64,000 nt of DNA from Podarcis cretensis (lineage: Eukaryota), in assembly GCA_951804945.1 (NCBI GenBank), contig OX638153.1:62248001-62312000 (forward strand), in the 5' to 3' direction. The position numbers and the translations under genes are program-made. A model generated the notes under the pieces. The model worked only from the letters and a program-made list of their open reading frames with translations. It did no database searches and was not told where the DNA came from. This document shows, piece by piece, positions 49,242 through 62,021 of the stretch; the stretch's first letter is position 1; every line of letters starts with the position of its first letter.

Positions 49242-50527
49242 GTGAGTAACGCCACCCAATTAACTTTCCTGTGAAAAATATAAAAACTGAGCATCCCTGA
49301 AATTCAGTAGACTCTTTCACATGTTAAGTGACCTCAAAGCATTCATATAAAGCTTGAAACTTGACCTTCATAATAGGAGAACCTGCCTTTTACAGGGTTC
49401 CCAGTTGTGCAGAAAGAGCCTATGTGTATGCAGGAACCTCATTAGAAATTTTAAAGAAACATGGGGGTTGGTTGTGGAGACAGAGTGTTAGATACGTAGT
49501 GTTAGATATGTTCTCTGAACACCTGCAAAAGGCTAATGTGGAGGGGATGTTGTGGGAAAGCAAGTCAGTTTATGCCACAAAGCAGACTGTTTCTTCTCGC
49601 AATTTGGGATAGGAGTGACTGTGTAGACCTACATCAGTATCCCATTTGCCACAGAGATGTTAGAGGAGGGGTTATTTATTTATAAGATTTCTTACCCACC
49701 CTCCACCATAAGTTCCCAGGGCAGGTTACAACTAGAGAATATCCAATTATAAAATCAATGATAAAACACATAAAAATGGAGCAGAACAGTAGAAATTCAA
49801 CAGGAGGTGGGTCTCACAAAAAAAGGTGAGACCTTAACTGTCAGAGGCCAGGGTAAAGATGTGTATATTAGTAACCACTTCGAGTACACATGTATATATG
49901 AATAAACTCATGATCATCATCAGCTCCAGCATGTGGCAAAAGCTGTACAATAAAGTGGCCAAAATGGTCTCCTCTGGATCTTGCTGAACTACATCTCTCA
50001 TCATCCCTGACCATGCTGGGTGGCTCTGATGGGAGGTGGAGTCCATTCCAGAGATAAAAAAAAACTTTGTTTGCTTGTGATTGAGAGTGTCCTTGAGAAA
50101 GATTAGTTTAAAATACATTGGATGAGATCTAATAAGATATACTGGATATCTCAAATAGCAACTTTCGTGGAAGGTGGTTTCAATCATGTCAAGGGATGGA
50201 CGATTCCCTGCAGTAACTCCTTTGCTTTTTAAAAACAACAGCGTGGGAGATCTTGTTAACAGATCTCCCACATCATGCCTAGTTTGCCCTTCATATTATG
50301 GGGGGTAGGCAGGCGTAATTGTGCAATGTTCCTTTGTTTACGTCCTTTGCTGGCATGACAAATACTGTTGTGTGGATGTCTACATAATTTGGAAGGAAAT
50401 TAACCTGTTCTCAATGGTGCAGAACAGAAATGTCTTAAGCTTATCAGTGGTCAATTCAATCTTCTAGCTCTCAGTGTGGATTTTGGTGCATCACTGTAGG
50501 ATTACACTAGGTTTGTCTTTCTTCCAG

Positions 50528-50643
50528 CTTCTATGTCGTTCAGCATGGTGAAACCCACTGAATCAAACAAATCACTGATACCTGAGCTGAAGACCAATAA
50601 ATCTCTGCAGAAGGCGAGAATCACCACATTGTTCTCAAGCTCT
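50528..50643 (+). CDS. ESPNL: ESPNL exon 7, WH2-like
   Basis: SMSFSMVKPTESNKSLIPELKTNKSLQKARITTLFSS; acceptor cttccag, donor GTATGT; phase 1 to 0. Confidence 0.8.
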
Positions 50644-51128
50644 GTATGTTGTATGATAATCTACACCTCTTTGTCTCTCATCTGTTTTGTATTCATAATC
50701 CCCATGATCTCTCCTGTGGTTCTATTCCATCGAATTCCTTTGTTTTATTTTTCTTTCTCTTTTCCTGCTAGATTAAGCCATTTGGCTGACCTGCCTCCAA
50801 GCACATCCTTTCAGAAGGGTTAAAAACAACCTACAAATGGAGATATATAGCTTTATGTTCCACAACAGGGACAGGGAACCTGTTGATCCTCTGGATTTAG
50901 GTGGACTACAACTCCCATCATATGTGGCCAGGCTGACTGGGGCTGATGGGAACTGGAGTCCGGCAACATCTGGAGGGCCACAGGTTCTCCAGCTTTGCTG
51001 TAGGCAGCCCTTCTGATAACGTTGGGCTTCCTGAGAAGATACGTGCCATAATGTTTTGAGGATCAATTGTGGTAGATTCATGAGCATCTGTTCTTCTTTA
51101 AACTCCTTAAAAGTTGCTAACAAGTTAG

Positions 51129-51341
51129 GTGTCCTCCACGCAGGGTGAGAAGAGAGAGACACCAGATGCTGCAGTACCAGGCAACCTGCTCTCAATGCTG
51201 GATGAGCTAGGAACATCGGACATTGATGCCTTGGTGCCTACTCATGATGAGCAAGGTTGTTCAATTCCAGAGTGGAAGCGGCAGGTGATGGTGAGGAAAT
51301 TACAGGCGCAGCTGGCATCCGAAGAAGGGATGGGCAGGAAG
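51129..51341 (+). CDS. ESPNL: ESPNL exon 8 (alternative in-frame acceptor at 51144)
   Basis: [32 protein letters not shown], the espin ABM-like motif. Confidence 0.9.
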
Positions 51342-51675
51342 GTACTGTATTGAGCCAATAGAAGGAAACTCTGTCACTGTACTGTCTTACCTGGTTCACA
51401 CAATGGCCTCCGTTTTTATTGCATTTAGGTTGCCCTAAGAGCAGACGGGCAAATAATATACACATTGTGTATGTTTTGTAAATGTGCTCTGCTAAGATCT
51501 TGGAAATTTGGATTTCAAAGTAATTCCCAGCACTTCCTTTTGCATGACTCCGTTGCTCCCGGATCAATAAATAACCAGACAAGACAGTGAATGTAAATTT
51601 GGGATCAAATAGGCCACAACTTTATAGATTACAGATGTGAATGGTTTGGTCTGAAGGCACATAAGGCCACCACCA

Positions 51676-51735
51676 TGCTTAGCAGGGTTGGGCCTGGTCA
51701 GTTCCTAGATGGGGGAATTGTCCAGGAACAACATG
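51676..51735 (+). mobile_element. 5S rRNA-derived SINE head fragment
   Basis: gcttagcagggttgggcctggtcagttcctagatggg resembles the 5S internal control region GCTAAGCAGGGTCGGGCCTGGTTAGTACTTGGATGGG. Confidence 0.65.
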
Positions 51736-51737
51736 TA

Positions 51738-53071
51738 CCGTATTTTTCCTTCTATAACACGCAGATTTTTTCTCCTAAAAAGGAAGGGGAAATGTCTGTG
51801 CGTGTTATTGAGCGAATGTGTGGTCCCTGGAGCCAAATAGTGCAAGGGGAGGCAAAAAAAAGCAGGCAAAAATCAAACCGCGCGTCTCCTAGAAGGGAAA
51901 CTTGAAAAGAGGAAGCGGCTGCTTTCCGGCATTCTGCCTCAGGGTCTTACTGCCCACCCATCTCTGTTTCCTTGCTGTGTTTGCTCAAACGGAACAAAGA
52001 GCAGGGAAAGCCCCTCCCCTCCAGGCAAGCAGAGGGGAAAGCTGAAAACATGCAGGAGGGAGAGAGAGAGAGAGAGAGAGAGCACGAGCTGGCTGGCTTG
52101 GGTGGGTAGGTGAGGGAAAACTTTTGCCTTCCTTTCCTCCCTACCCCTCTCCTGCATTCTTAGCCAGCTGCTTCTCTGCACACCCCTCTCCTGCTCCTTG
52201 TCCCTTCTGTGTTTTTCCTTCCCTCCCCACTTAAAATGTGGTTAAAAAGCATGGATCCACATGGATCCTCAGGATCTTTGCATTGGGTCAGCCCAAATTC
52301 ACCATCAGATCACATGGCATGTCCATGGCTACAGCCTGCCCCCCAAAAATCACGCACCCACTGTTGCCTGGGGCTGCAATGGTGCAAAAATGTGGCTAAA
52401 AAGCATGGATCCACATGGATCCTAAGGATCTTTGCATTGGGTCAGCCCAAATTCACCATCAGATCACATAGCATGTCCATGGCTACAGCCTGCCCCCCCC
52501 CAAAATCACGCACCCACTGTTGCCTGGGGCTGCAATGGTGCAAAAACGTGGTTAAAAAGCATGGATCTACATGGATCCTCAGGATCTTTGCATTGGGTCA
52601 GCCCAAATTCACCATCAGATCACATAGCATGTCCATGGCTACAGCCTGCCCCCCCCCCCAAAATCACGCACCCACTGTTGCCTGGGGCTGCAATGGTGCA
52701 AAAACATGGTTACAAAACATGGATCCACATGGATCCTCAGGATCTTTGCATTGGGTCAGCCCAAATTCACCATCAGAGCACATAGCATGTCCATGGCTAC
52801 AGCCTGCCCCCCAAAAATCACGCACCCACTGTTGCCTGGGGCTGCAATGGTGCAAAAACGTGGTTACAAAGCATGGATCCACAGGGATTCTCAGGATTTT
52901 TGCATTGGGTCACCCCAAATTCACCATCAGATCACATGTCTGTGGCCACAGCATGAAGCACAAAAATGATACATCCACTGTTTCATTCAGAATGTTTTTT
53001 CCCTTGTTTTCCTCCTCTAAAAACGATGTGCGTGTTATGGTCAGGTGCGTGTTATAGAGCGAAAAATACGG
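51738..53071. mobile_element. Non-autonomous Tc2/pogo-like DNA transposon with internal minisatellite
   Basis: 26-bp TIRs CCGTATTTTTC..TCTATAACACGCA, TA on both sides. Confidence 0.88.
52233..52937. repeat. Tandem repeat, 154-158 bp unit, about 4.5 copies
   Basis: atggatc anchor recurs at 52251, 52405, 52561, 52719 and 52873; units differ mainly in a poly-C run. Confidence 0.95.
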
Positions 53072-53261
53072 TAATATTGACATCAGGTATACACCTTCAC
53101 TGTACTCTTTTTGGTGCCTGCTGTTTAAACAAGCCTACACAGATATGTAGAATGCTGATATGTATTTTAATCTGTTTTTATCACTGAATTTATTTATTTT
53201 TTGAATATTTTAAATAGCTGTTTTTAACTGCTTTTACACATATTTTTATTGCTTTATTTCT

Positions 53262-53262
<1 letters not shown>

Positions 53263-53301
<39 letters not shown>
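53263..53301. repeat. (AAT)n microsatellite
   Basis: Seen directly. Confidence 0.9.
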
Positions 53302-53303
<2 letters not shown>

Positions 53304-53747
53304 TAGTTTTTGTAAACCACTCTGTGGTGGGGTTTTTTTGAATAGTCAAGCAGTATTTAAATTTTATGCAATGAATAACTAAAATAAATAAATACGTTGC
53401 CTTGGATTCCATGATAGACAAAAGGCAGGTCACATTAGTAAGTAAGTAAGTAAGAAAGTAAGTAGTAAGTACATCTATATTCAATCACTCAGGCAGGTGG
53501 CTTACTTTACAGTTGTATATCCAAGGTATAAGTGTAGCTGATGGTAAATAGTTCTGTGATAAGATGAAATTCTTTGTTCTGACTGAGGCCAGGACTTAAG
53601 GATCTGTTCCAGCCCTATATTTCTATGAATCTGTGATGTGCTCATCTGACTCTTCATTTTTGGCAGGCTGGGGAAAGGGGCCTGAATTTTGAATTTAACT
53701 GATGGCAGACTTTCTTTCTTTCTTCCCTGCTGCCCCCACCCATCTAG

Positions 53748-55310
53748 AACAAGGAAAGTTGCACACTGGAGATGGATGACTGGCAATATTCTCAGTCTTA
53801 CAATGCCATCCTGGGCCCTTTTGGGGAATTGCTCACTGAAGATGACCTGCTGTACTTAGAGAAGCAGATTGAGAAACTGCAGATGAAGAAGAAATGCCAG
53901 GAGTATGAGAGTCAGCTAGGACGCCTGACAGAGGAGCTGCAGACTGTTCTCCCTGCTCCCGTCGTCAATATCACAGTCAACCGTCAGTTTCTGCAACAGG
54001 GCTCCGAGGATGGCAGCCAGGGGCTGCCTGCCTGGTGCAGTCATGTGTCTGGACTGGTAAAAAGCATGTCCATGCTGCTCACCAATGTCAATGGCATGAA
54101 AAAAGCAGCTAATGAGAAGCCAGCTCTAAGGGATTCCCATAAGTCAAGCAAGACCAAGTGTATTTCAGGTGGCACTGTCAAGAGAGAAATCCTGGAGTGT
54201 GGCGTCTCTGTCAGGAATCTGAGGGGCAATTTTGAAAAGCAGGATCTTTGGAGACAAGACAAAGCTTTTGAGCAGCGAGGGTTGAATGCCATGCCCTGGG
54301 AACAAGGGACAGCCAAGGAGTCATCCCCTCAAATGTTTCTAGGTCCCTGTAAAAACAAGAAGCAATTGGTTTGTGAGGAACATGAGTTTGGAGACATGGA
54401 GAATGCCAGTGATTCTGGCGTCAGCTGTGAGGGAGCCTCCTCTGTGACTGGTTCTTGCGTCTCAACAGCAGAGTCTAGCAACCTCCGAAAAGAGCGCATT
54501 GTGCTTCTTTTTCTCAGTCACTGGAAGAAATCTGCCTATACGCCTTCCTTGAAACTCATGGCCAGGAGGACTCTTGACACCCAGCTGCCTGGAAAAATGG
54601 GACTAGTAGACGTGATGGCAGAGCTCAAGAAACAGCAGCCTCCAATGCAGAAGCCCTTGATGGAAATGAACAAGCTTGGCCATTTAGTTCAACAGAGATA
54701 CACTATCAAGAATCTGATTAGTCACTGGAAAGACATCATCTCCCTTGTACCATCTCGACAGATCAGGCGCCTCAATCACCGGCATGCAATCTACTCTCCA
54801 GAACAATTCCTGCCATATGTCAATGGTGAGCCTATTGACTACAATAGCTTAACGCTTGACCTGTTTATGCTCGGCTATTTCCACATCCTAGAGCTGGCCC
54901 TCTCTCCAGAAGAACGTAAGGCTAGGCATCTCCTTTGCTTTGAAGTTTTTGACCACTTGAGTGGGCATCAGTGGGAAACAGTGCGGGCCTTCCACAAAGC
55001 AGTGATTGATGAGATTGCTGCAGGCAAAAGAAGCTGGAAAGACAGTTTTGAGGATATTAAGAAACAATTTTTTGGTAATAACAAGGACCCAGCTGTGAAC
55101 TTGGAAATCAAAACATCACCAGTGGAAACAAATCTGAAACCAGTACCCAAAACAAGGGTCCCAAACATCTCTCTGGAGGAGGGAGACTCTGCCCCCGGAA
55201 AATGCTTTGAACTAGACACCTTTAGCAATGATGAGATCTGCAGGTATATAAACAGGAGTTTTGCTTTCTGGAAAGAAAAAGAAGCAGAGATCTTTAGCTT
55301 AGAGGGATGA
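53748..55310 (+). CDS. ESPNL: ESPNL exon 9 (large terminal exon)
   Basis: WQYSQSYNAILGPFGELLTEDDLLYLEKQI, ILECGVSVRNLRGNFE, LRKERIVLLFLSHWKKSAY, ICRYINRSFAFWKEKEAE; total about 990 aa. Confidence 0.96.
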   Translation, partial: NKESCTLEMDDWQYSQSYNAILGPFGELLTEDDLLYLEKQIEKLQMKKKCQEYESQLGRLTEELQTVLPAPVVNITVNRQFLQQGSEDGSQGLPAWCSHVSGLVKSMSMLLTNVNGMKKAANEKPALRDSHKSSKTKCISGGTVKREILECGVSVRNLRGNFEKQDLWRQDKAFEQRGLNAMPWEQGTAKESSPQMFLGPCKNKKQLVCEEHEFGDMENASDSGVSCEGASSVTGSCVSTAESSNLRKERIVLLFLSHWKKSAYTPSLKLMARRTLDTQLPGKMGLVDVMAELKKQQPPMQKPLMEMNKLGHLVQQRYTIKNLISHWKDIISLVPSRQIRRLNHRHAIYSPEQFLPYVNGEPIDYNSLTLDLFMLGYFHILELALSPEERKARHLLCFEVFDHLSGHQWETVRAFHKAVIDEIAAGKRSWKDSFEDIKKQFFGNNKDPAVNLEIKTSPVETNLKPVPKTRVPNISLEEGDSAPGKCFELDTFSNDEICRYINRSFAFWKEKEAEIFSLEG

Positions 55311-56173
55311 GGATCTTTACATTAACAGTCTTTATTTGTGAATAGGTGTCTATAAGATTCAGAGTGCACAGAGTGGCCTGTCAGCACTATGACATGGAAT
55401 AGACAGACATTGATTGTTCATTTTGCAAATGGCTACAAATGCCTGCAAGATTAATTTGCAAAGGGGTAAACGACAAGTGATACAGATGAAGGGTCAAGCC
55501 TTCACTTCTTCTTCGTTGCTTCTTCCCTTTAAAAAAAGGAACAAGAGATGTCAGTGCTTCATTACATATGGCTTCCCTTGACACAAGCACCCTGAAAAGT
55601 GCAAAAAGACTATGCCCACTCTGATGTCAATGCAAGTTTTAAAAATAAATAAACAGAAGGAGAACTGAAAGAAAAAAGAGTGAAAAGCTTTCCTCCCACC
55701 AGAGCATTGCTGACAGGGCTTAGGAAGTGATGGGTTCTCTGCCATGAAATATTCACCTTGGGATTGCTTAGTTTGTATTCAGTGTGTCTTTGTAAGAGTT
55801 CAAAAAGAGATAATGAGTTTTCCAGACATTTCCATTATATCTATATTTATAAGTTACAAACAGTGTATCAGCAAAATGATCCAACCTGGGAAGGCCCCCA
55901 AGACTGTTTCTTTCACTGTTTCTCTTTTCATATCTTCAGAGGACTCACCAGAGATATCAACTGTTGTTATCCACTTTTGGCATGTATTTGAGTCTCTTTG
56001 GCATCCACTGCAATTAATCATTTACTGCTGAACCTGAAATGCACAGGTCTCATGTTCTGCTACTTGCTTACTAGGCTTCATGGACTTAAAACACCTGAAT
56101 GGATGTCCAAGTATAAATAATTTCATTTTGTAACTGTACATACATTTTCTATTTTAAATTAGATTGCGCGTTT

Positions 56174-56179
56174 AATAAA
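56174..56179 (+). terminator. Candidate ESPNL poly(A) signal
   Basis: AATAAA 860 nt after the stop, preceded by TGTA elements. Confidence 0.5.
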
Positions 56180-58389
56180 AACATTTCTCTCAGTAGAAAC
56201 AAAAGGTACTTCCATCAAATTATTACTTAGAGAAATCACTAGGTTGTGTGTGTTCTTAAAAAAAGATCAGAAATAATGCAGGTTTTTTTTTTTTTACTTA
56301 AGAATCTCTGTCTAGAAAAACAAAACTAGTGTCCGTTTCTTACAGAAGGAAATATAATGGGCTTGTTTAAGGACTGCATGAAACCACTCATAGTATACAT
56401 TTAATAATGATGGTGATGAGGTATTGCCTGCCCTTCACTCTTAAGGCCCCAGGGCAGGTTAGAACAATTTAAAATACAACACTAGAAATGGTTTAAAAAT
56501 GTACAATTTAAAATTTAAAATTATGAAATGTAGGGAACAAAATTTCTGTGCTTATCACTGCAGTAACAGTTGCTAAGATGTACAAGGAAGAGACTGATCC
56601 AGTGCGCTGGGAATGGGCAAATAGAAGAGATCTTGGGTGCACGAAGCATCAGTCAGGCTGAGTCACCACGGAACCTCCATACATTTCCTTTTGCCTTCCC
56701 ATTGCCACAGTCAGACCCTTAATTTATGGCGTGATGTGGGACAGTAAAAGTAGCTCACTCTTTACTGTATGTGGAAATGCTACCCTCTGTGACTGTTGCC
56801 CTGGTTTATTTGTGGACATTATTGGGAAAGCAGCAGGGCACTACATAGGCAACCCACTGCAAGCTCTAGAATAAGCTCACTGGACTATATTTAGCAACCA
56901 ACATTGTGATTGGCAGAAAGGTTTACAGAATGAGAGTGAGTGCTTGAATCATCATCACTGAATAAATGTGGGGTGAGGTACCTTTCTTTACATTGCTATC
57001 CTTTTGTACAGTTTCTAATTAAATAACAGGGCATGTGTTGAATCTTATTTCTGGCAGTCCATGGCTCATAAGCTACCCCTCCCCTCCTCCTGAATTTTGC
57101 ACTTTAGACTATTAGTTCAAAAAAGCACACATCTATAGTGCATTGGTCAGAACCATCACACATTTTCATGTGCTTTTGCATTTCTCCCAGCCTGCCAAAC
57201 AGGTGTGTGTGAATGTGTGAATGGCTTCACCCCACACTGGCTCTGGCCTCTCTTACTGGAATGCAGGCCCTTTCAGGGGTCCAGGGAGGCCCAAATCACT
57301 TCCAGATTTTGATGCCACTAGCAGCAGCAACGGCGGCGATGAAGACAGCAACACGTGACAACAAACAAAAACAACATAAGGCACGAAAAAGAGTGAGTGG
57401 TTTATATAATCATACATTTTGAAAGGGCATGTTTGTAACCCAACCTTGTGCCATCTAAACCAATATATTTTTTTCTTTTCTTTTGACATTCTTAACTCTT
57501 AACTATGACTATGTATCCGCTAACAAAAGAATTATATCTTTTGCAAAACTGAATCTCCTGTTTGCTTTAATTTGCAGCTTTAAGTGAGGCAGCGTGTCAC
57601 ATTTTGATCCAATGCACACAAAAACAAGTTGTGAAACTTACCAGATGCCAAAAGAACCCCAGCAAGTGTCTAAATCTGAGGTCCCTTTGAACATGAGGCC
57701 CAGGCCCAGTGTCCCCCCTGCCCCAATTGGCCCTGGGGGCATGCAGCTCTTACCCACTGCTGCTGCTGGCCTCAGAGATAAAAAGATTGCCCCCAGCCCC
57801 CCCTCCATCTGATTAGCTAACGCGTATCTGTCTCAGCCTGCCCCCAACAACTAACTATGGTTGTCTGAGGCCATGGTTTTAAGTTGGTTTAGCTCCTTTT
57901 AACGGTGGTTTGCTGTTACACCTAAATCCAGTATCCTGGCTTAATCCTAATTTGCTGAGTCATTCCATCCCTGCTGCCCACCTGGCTACAGGGGCACAAG
58001 TAATGAAAATGTCCCTGCTGGTCCTTTCTGGTCCCTCCAGAACAAGCTCCTTTTTTCCACCCACTTCCTCTTCACTGACAATGGCTGCGTCCCCATGACG
58101 TTTTATTTTAGAATCAATGGAGACCGAGTACTTGCTTTTTCTGTGGAATCAACACACAATGTAGATCTGTTGCATACTTTTTGCCCCTGAAATGCACTTC
58201 TTGAGAAACTGATTTCATTCCGAAAATAAAAACTCATTGCAGATTGATTCTGCATTATCCCCACAGTGTGCCTATGTGAAAAAAGATGTAAGCGCACAAT
58301 CTCTTGAGCAGCTTCATATCTGCTTCCAATGGGCACATGACATGCTTTCCTTCCAATGCCCTCGTCTTCTTATCTCTTCGTTGGTGTGT

Positions 58390-58652
58390 TGCTTTAAGAG
58401 CAGGTGGCCTGGAGAGAATAACTGTCAACACACTTCCCAGCCCTCTCTGGCTTTAAGCCTCAGTCTAAATATATATATACATACAGAGAAGCAAGCATTG
58501 GTTGCCTCCAGCCTACAACGGCCTTAAAAAAACACACCACCCAAACCAACTCAGGGTAACTGCCTCCTCCCAGGGTCAAGGCAAGCCATTCTCCAAGCAT
58601 TATTCGAGCTCCGAATGTCTGGCTGGATGTAAAAGAAGTTAACAAGGTAAGA
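58390..58652 (+). promoter_or_regulatory. Candidate KLHL30 promoter / non-coding first exon
   Basis: E-box CAGGTG, MEF2-like ctaaatata, then strong donor AAG|GTAAGA at 58647. Confidence 0.35.
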
Positions 58653-60020
58653 ACCGGAGGCCAGACGGTTTTGATTTCTGGCAGGGCTGAATAGGACAAC
58701 ATGAGATGAGAGGGAACAAGCAAACTGGATTTGGGAAGGTGGAGCTGTCAAGTCAAAAATAGTGTACAGGCCATTAACATGAGGCACGAGGAGCTGCCAC
58801 AGTTATAAGCTATTATCTGCTAGGAAGCTAAGTATCAAACTTTTGCAGAGATCAAATACCAAGAAGTTCTTATCAATGCAGCACTGCTGAACAGCAAGCT
58901 ACTGAGAGGCAAGTTTCCTGGATATCGGGAAGGAAAGGGGGTCAATATAACCACTAACTAAAATGAGAATATAACCACTAATATTATTACTGGGGATTTT
59001 ATTATCGGTAGTGTTTTGCTACTTAATATGGCATAAGTCCGTTATTCAATTACTTTCTAGGTCAGCACTGAGGATCTGGTAGAGTAGATTGGGAAGGCAG
59101 GAACAAATTTCCCCCACCAAATTTCATTGCTTATGAACTACAAACTGTTCCTTTATTAAGAATGACAACTGGAGTAAGACTGCTTACGATACTGTTTTGT
59201 CTCCACACATCATATATGGGACTGTGTGTGTCATGTTTCTGTGGAAGCTCAGAAAAGCACCGAATTTGTTATTAGGGTCATAGGGGAAGGAAGCTCGATA
59301 GCAGAGCAATTGCTTTGTGTACAAAATGCCCCAGGTTCAATGCCTGGCATGTCCAGGTAGGGCTGGGAAATCAGGAACCCTGGAGAATTGCTGCCAGCCC
59401 GTGTACACAGTACTGAGCTAGATAGGCCCCATGGTATAAGGCAGTTTCCTAGAAACAGAATTCAGCAGCCTTCTGGTAACTTTAGTTTTCATTAACACAA
59501 CAGCCCACCATCACAATGAAGATGGGAATGAAAGTGCTTGGGCAAGGCTGGTAAAGCCTTAGATGCCATAGTGGGCTCCTGGAGGGGCTTTTGGTGGCCT
59601 TCCTTCCTCATAACTAGAAAAAGCAGGATAAATTATGCAAACTAATTTACAGAAACAAAGGTAGCTGTATTGGTCGGTAAGTACCTTTATTGGGAAGAAC
59701 AAAAAAGTCACAAAAATGTGGCAAGCTTTCAATTACTCAGAATGCTTCATGAAGCAAGATGCAGCTTTATCTGTTTTTGAGTACACCATTTAAGAAAGTG
59801 GAGTTTCAGAACAGAGAGATTTGGATAAGGTCTGTAGCTCATTCCTCGTTCTATGCAAGGAAAATGGACAGAAGTACTTTTGAGAGTCTGAAAGCTTTCA
59901 GGGGTGGGGGACATCAGTATAGATTTTTCCTTTGTTATCCCTGCAAGTTCCTTGTAGATACTTCGATCAGGACACACACATATGGCACTGTCATATTCAG
60001 TTGTTTGGGGGTACGGGGTT

Positions 60021-60189
60021 CAGTGGCGTAGCGTGGGTTGTCAGCACCCGGGGCAAGGCAAGTAATTTGCGCCCCCTAAACCATGGATTTGCGCCCCCTA
60101 ACCCGTGGATTTGCGCCCCCTAACCCTAACCCCCAGATGTTGCGCCCGGTGCAGCCGGCCCCCCCTGCACCCCCCACGCTACGCCACTG
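60021..60189. mobile_element. Young CpG-rich hAT MITE with internal 21-bp repeats
   Basis: Perfect TIR CAGTGGCGTAGCGTGGG; TSD acggggtt/atggggtt. Confidence 0.9.
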
Positions 60190-60444
60190 ATGGGGTTATA
60201 TGCCTAGTGTTATTATTTGGACATACCAGGTCACAACAGTTTGCACTTCCTTTCAAGGAGTTCCATTGATCTAAAAATGTCACTATGGAGATTTCACTTC
60301 AAGTCATGGTTGATGAAAAATATTTCCCATTTGAAGCACAAAACTTATTTGCTTCTTCTTTGCTTTCTGATTAGCACTAGGAAAAGTTTCTGTTCCATTG
60401 AAGTCATCTAAGGCCATTTCCCACGACAGGAGTGGAGCACCAGC

Positions 60445-61218
60445 ATGGTGAGGAACATCGATGACTTCGATTTTTGCCTTCCATCCCACCCCCAGTCTAT
60501 TCTGGAAGGACTTCAGACCCTTCGCTCCAATCCAAAACTCTCAGATGTCACCTTGATAGTTGAGGGACAAGAATTCCCCTGCCACCGCAGTATCCTGGCC
60601 CTCTGCAGCCACTATTTCAATGCCATGTTTGCTGGTGACTTCTTGGAAAGCATTTCAGCTCGTGTAGAGATCAAAGAGGTGGATCCAGCCATTATGGAGA
60701 CCTTGATTGACTTTGCTTACACAGGGAAGGTGACCATCAACCAAGGGAATGTGGAAGCCTTAATTCGGACATCCAACCAACTCCACTTCCCCGTCCTCCG
60801 GAAAGTCTGCAGTCGGTACCTGAGGCAGCAGATGGATGCGACCAACTGTTTGGGCATTTGTGAATTTGGGGAGCTGCATGGTTGCCCAGAAGTGTCATCC
60901 AAGGCCTGGTCATTTCTGCAGGAGAATTTTGAACTTGTGTCTCAACAAGAGGAGTTCCTGCAGCTCTCCAAAGAGAGGCTGGTTATCTACCTGTCCAACA
61001 ACTTGCTCCAAGTACAAGAAGAGCAGAGTCTAGTTGAGGCTGTGCTGAGGTGGGTGAAGTATGAAAAGTCTGTGAGAGCCATGCACCTTCCAGAACTCCT
61101 TGATCTAGTGCATCTGGTTTCATTGCCAGATCAGTACCTGCAGAACCTCTTGTCATCAGAACCACTGATTCAAGAATCGGAGGCTTGCAAGACCATCATC
61201 ACTAGGCATCGTAGCACG
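60445..61218 (+). CDS. KLHL30: Kelch-like 30 first coding exon (BTB + BACK)
   Basis: [27 protein letters not shown]...[23 protein letters not shown]; 774 nt; donor GTCAGT. Confidence 0.95.
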
Positions 61219-62021
61219 GTCAGTTCTTGGAGGCACCACAGTACCCTGATTAAGCTCCAGTTTCAGCCCCAAAGCTAGAAAAGGGATGCTGTGATCCAAT
61301 AGCTATAGGTGTCCTTAACTGCAGTGCCTAGAATCTGTTCATCTTGGTATGCCAACTTCTTGTTTGAGATAAGTTTTCATTTCTTAATTAGCCTATGAAC
61401 TGTCACCTTTGATTGGCAGTGGAAGAGTTCCTGACCTTTCCCCACTAGTTCCCCTCTTTCTTCTCTCCCCGCCTGCCCATCCATCACTAAGTCCATTGAC
61501 TCAGGAGGAGCAAGGGTGTGTGTGCATGCAGTTTTCCTAGAGATGTCACTGTGAGGAGCAATGACTGACTTCTTGGTGTACGTGGATTATGGTTATGTCT
61601 TTCCCAAAGACAGTTATAATTGGATAATTACCAAAAAGGATAGTTTATTTAGATGAGCCTATCTGAATTAACGAGGGAATATGTGCCCCAAAGCCTGAAT
61701 TTAAAGTGATCACAATTCCAGAGAAACACACTTTGTTCTAGCGCTTATATTTTAAGAAGGTTTAAAGTATGGTCCAAGTGTTCCTAAATCAGTGCATCCA
61801 AATTAGTCTAAAAAACAGTGGGAAGTGGCAACAACCATCTGTGAGGAAAGCAGCTAGAAGTCCCTGCCATGGTCTAGCATTTGCAGTGAAGTATCCCAGA
61901 GTTTTATTTGGGAATTTTGCTTTACTGAATTACATCATACAAGGTCATTGTATAAAGTGTTGGAGAAAGGGGAGAGGTGTTGGGCTTCCAGAATCATTGG
62001 GGTTTTTTTTCCTTGTCTCAG

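Noticed and set aside
51676-51735. 5S rRNA gene
   Set aside because: Partial and diverged; better explained as a 5S-derived SINE head
52233-52937. CRISPR-like array
   Set aside because: Vertebrate DNA; whole units repeat with no unique spacers
52209-53057. 282-aa ORF and overlapping ORFs
   Set aside because: Product of a stop-poor tandem repeat inside a non-autonomous transposon; the frame shifts between units
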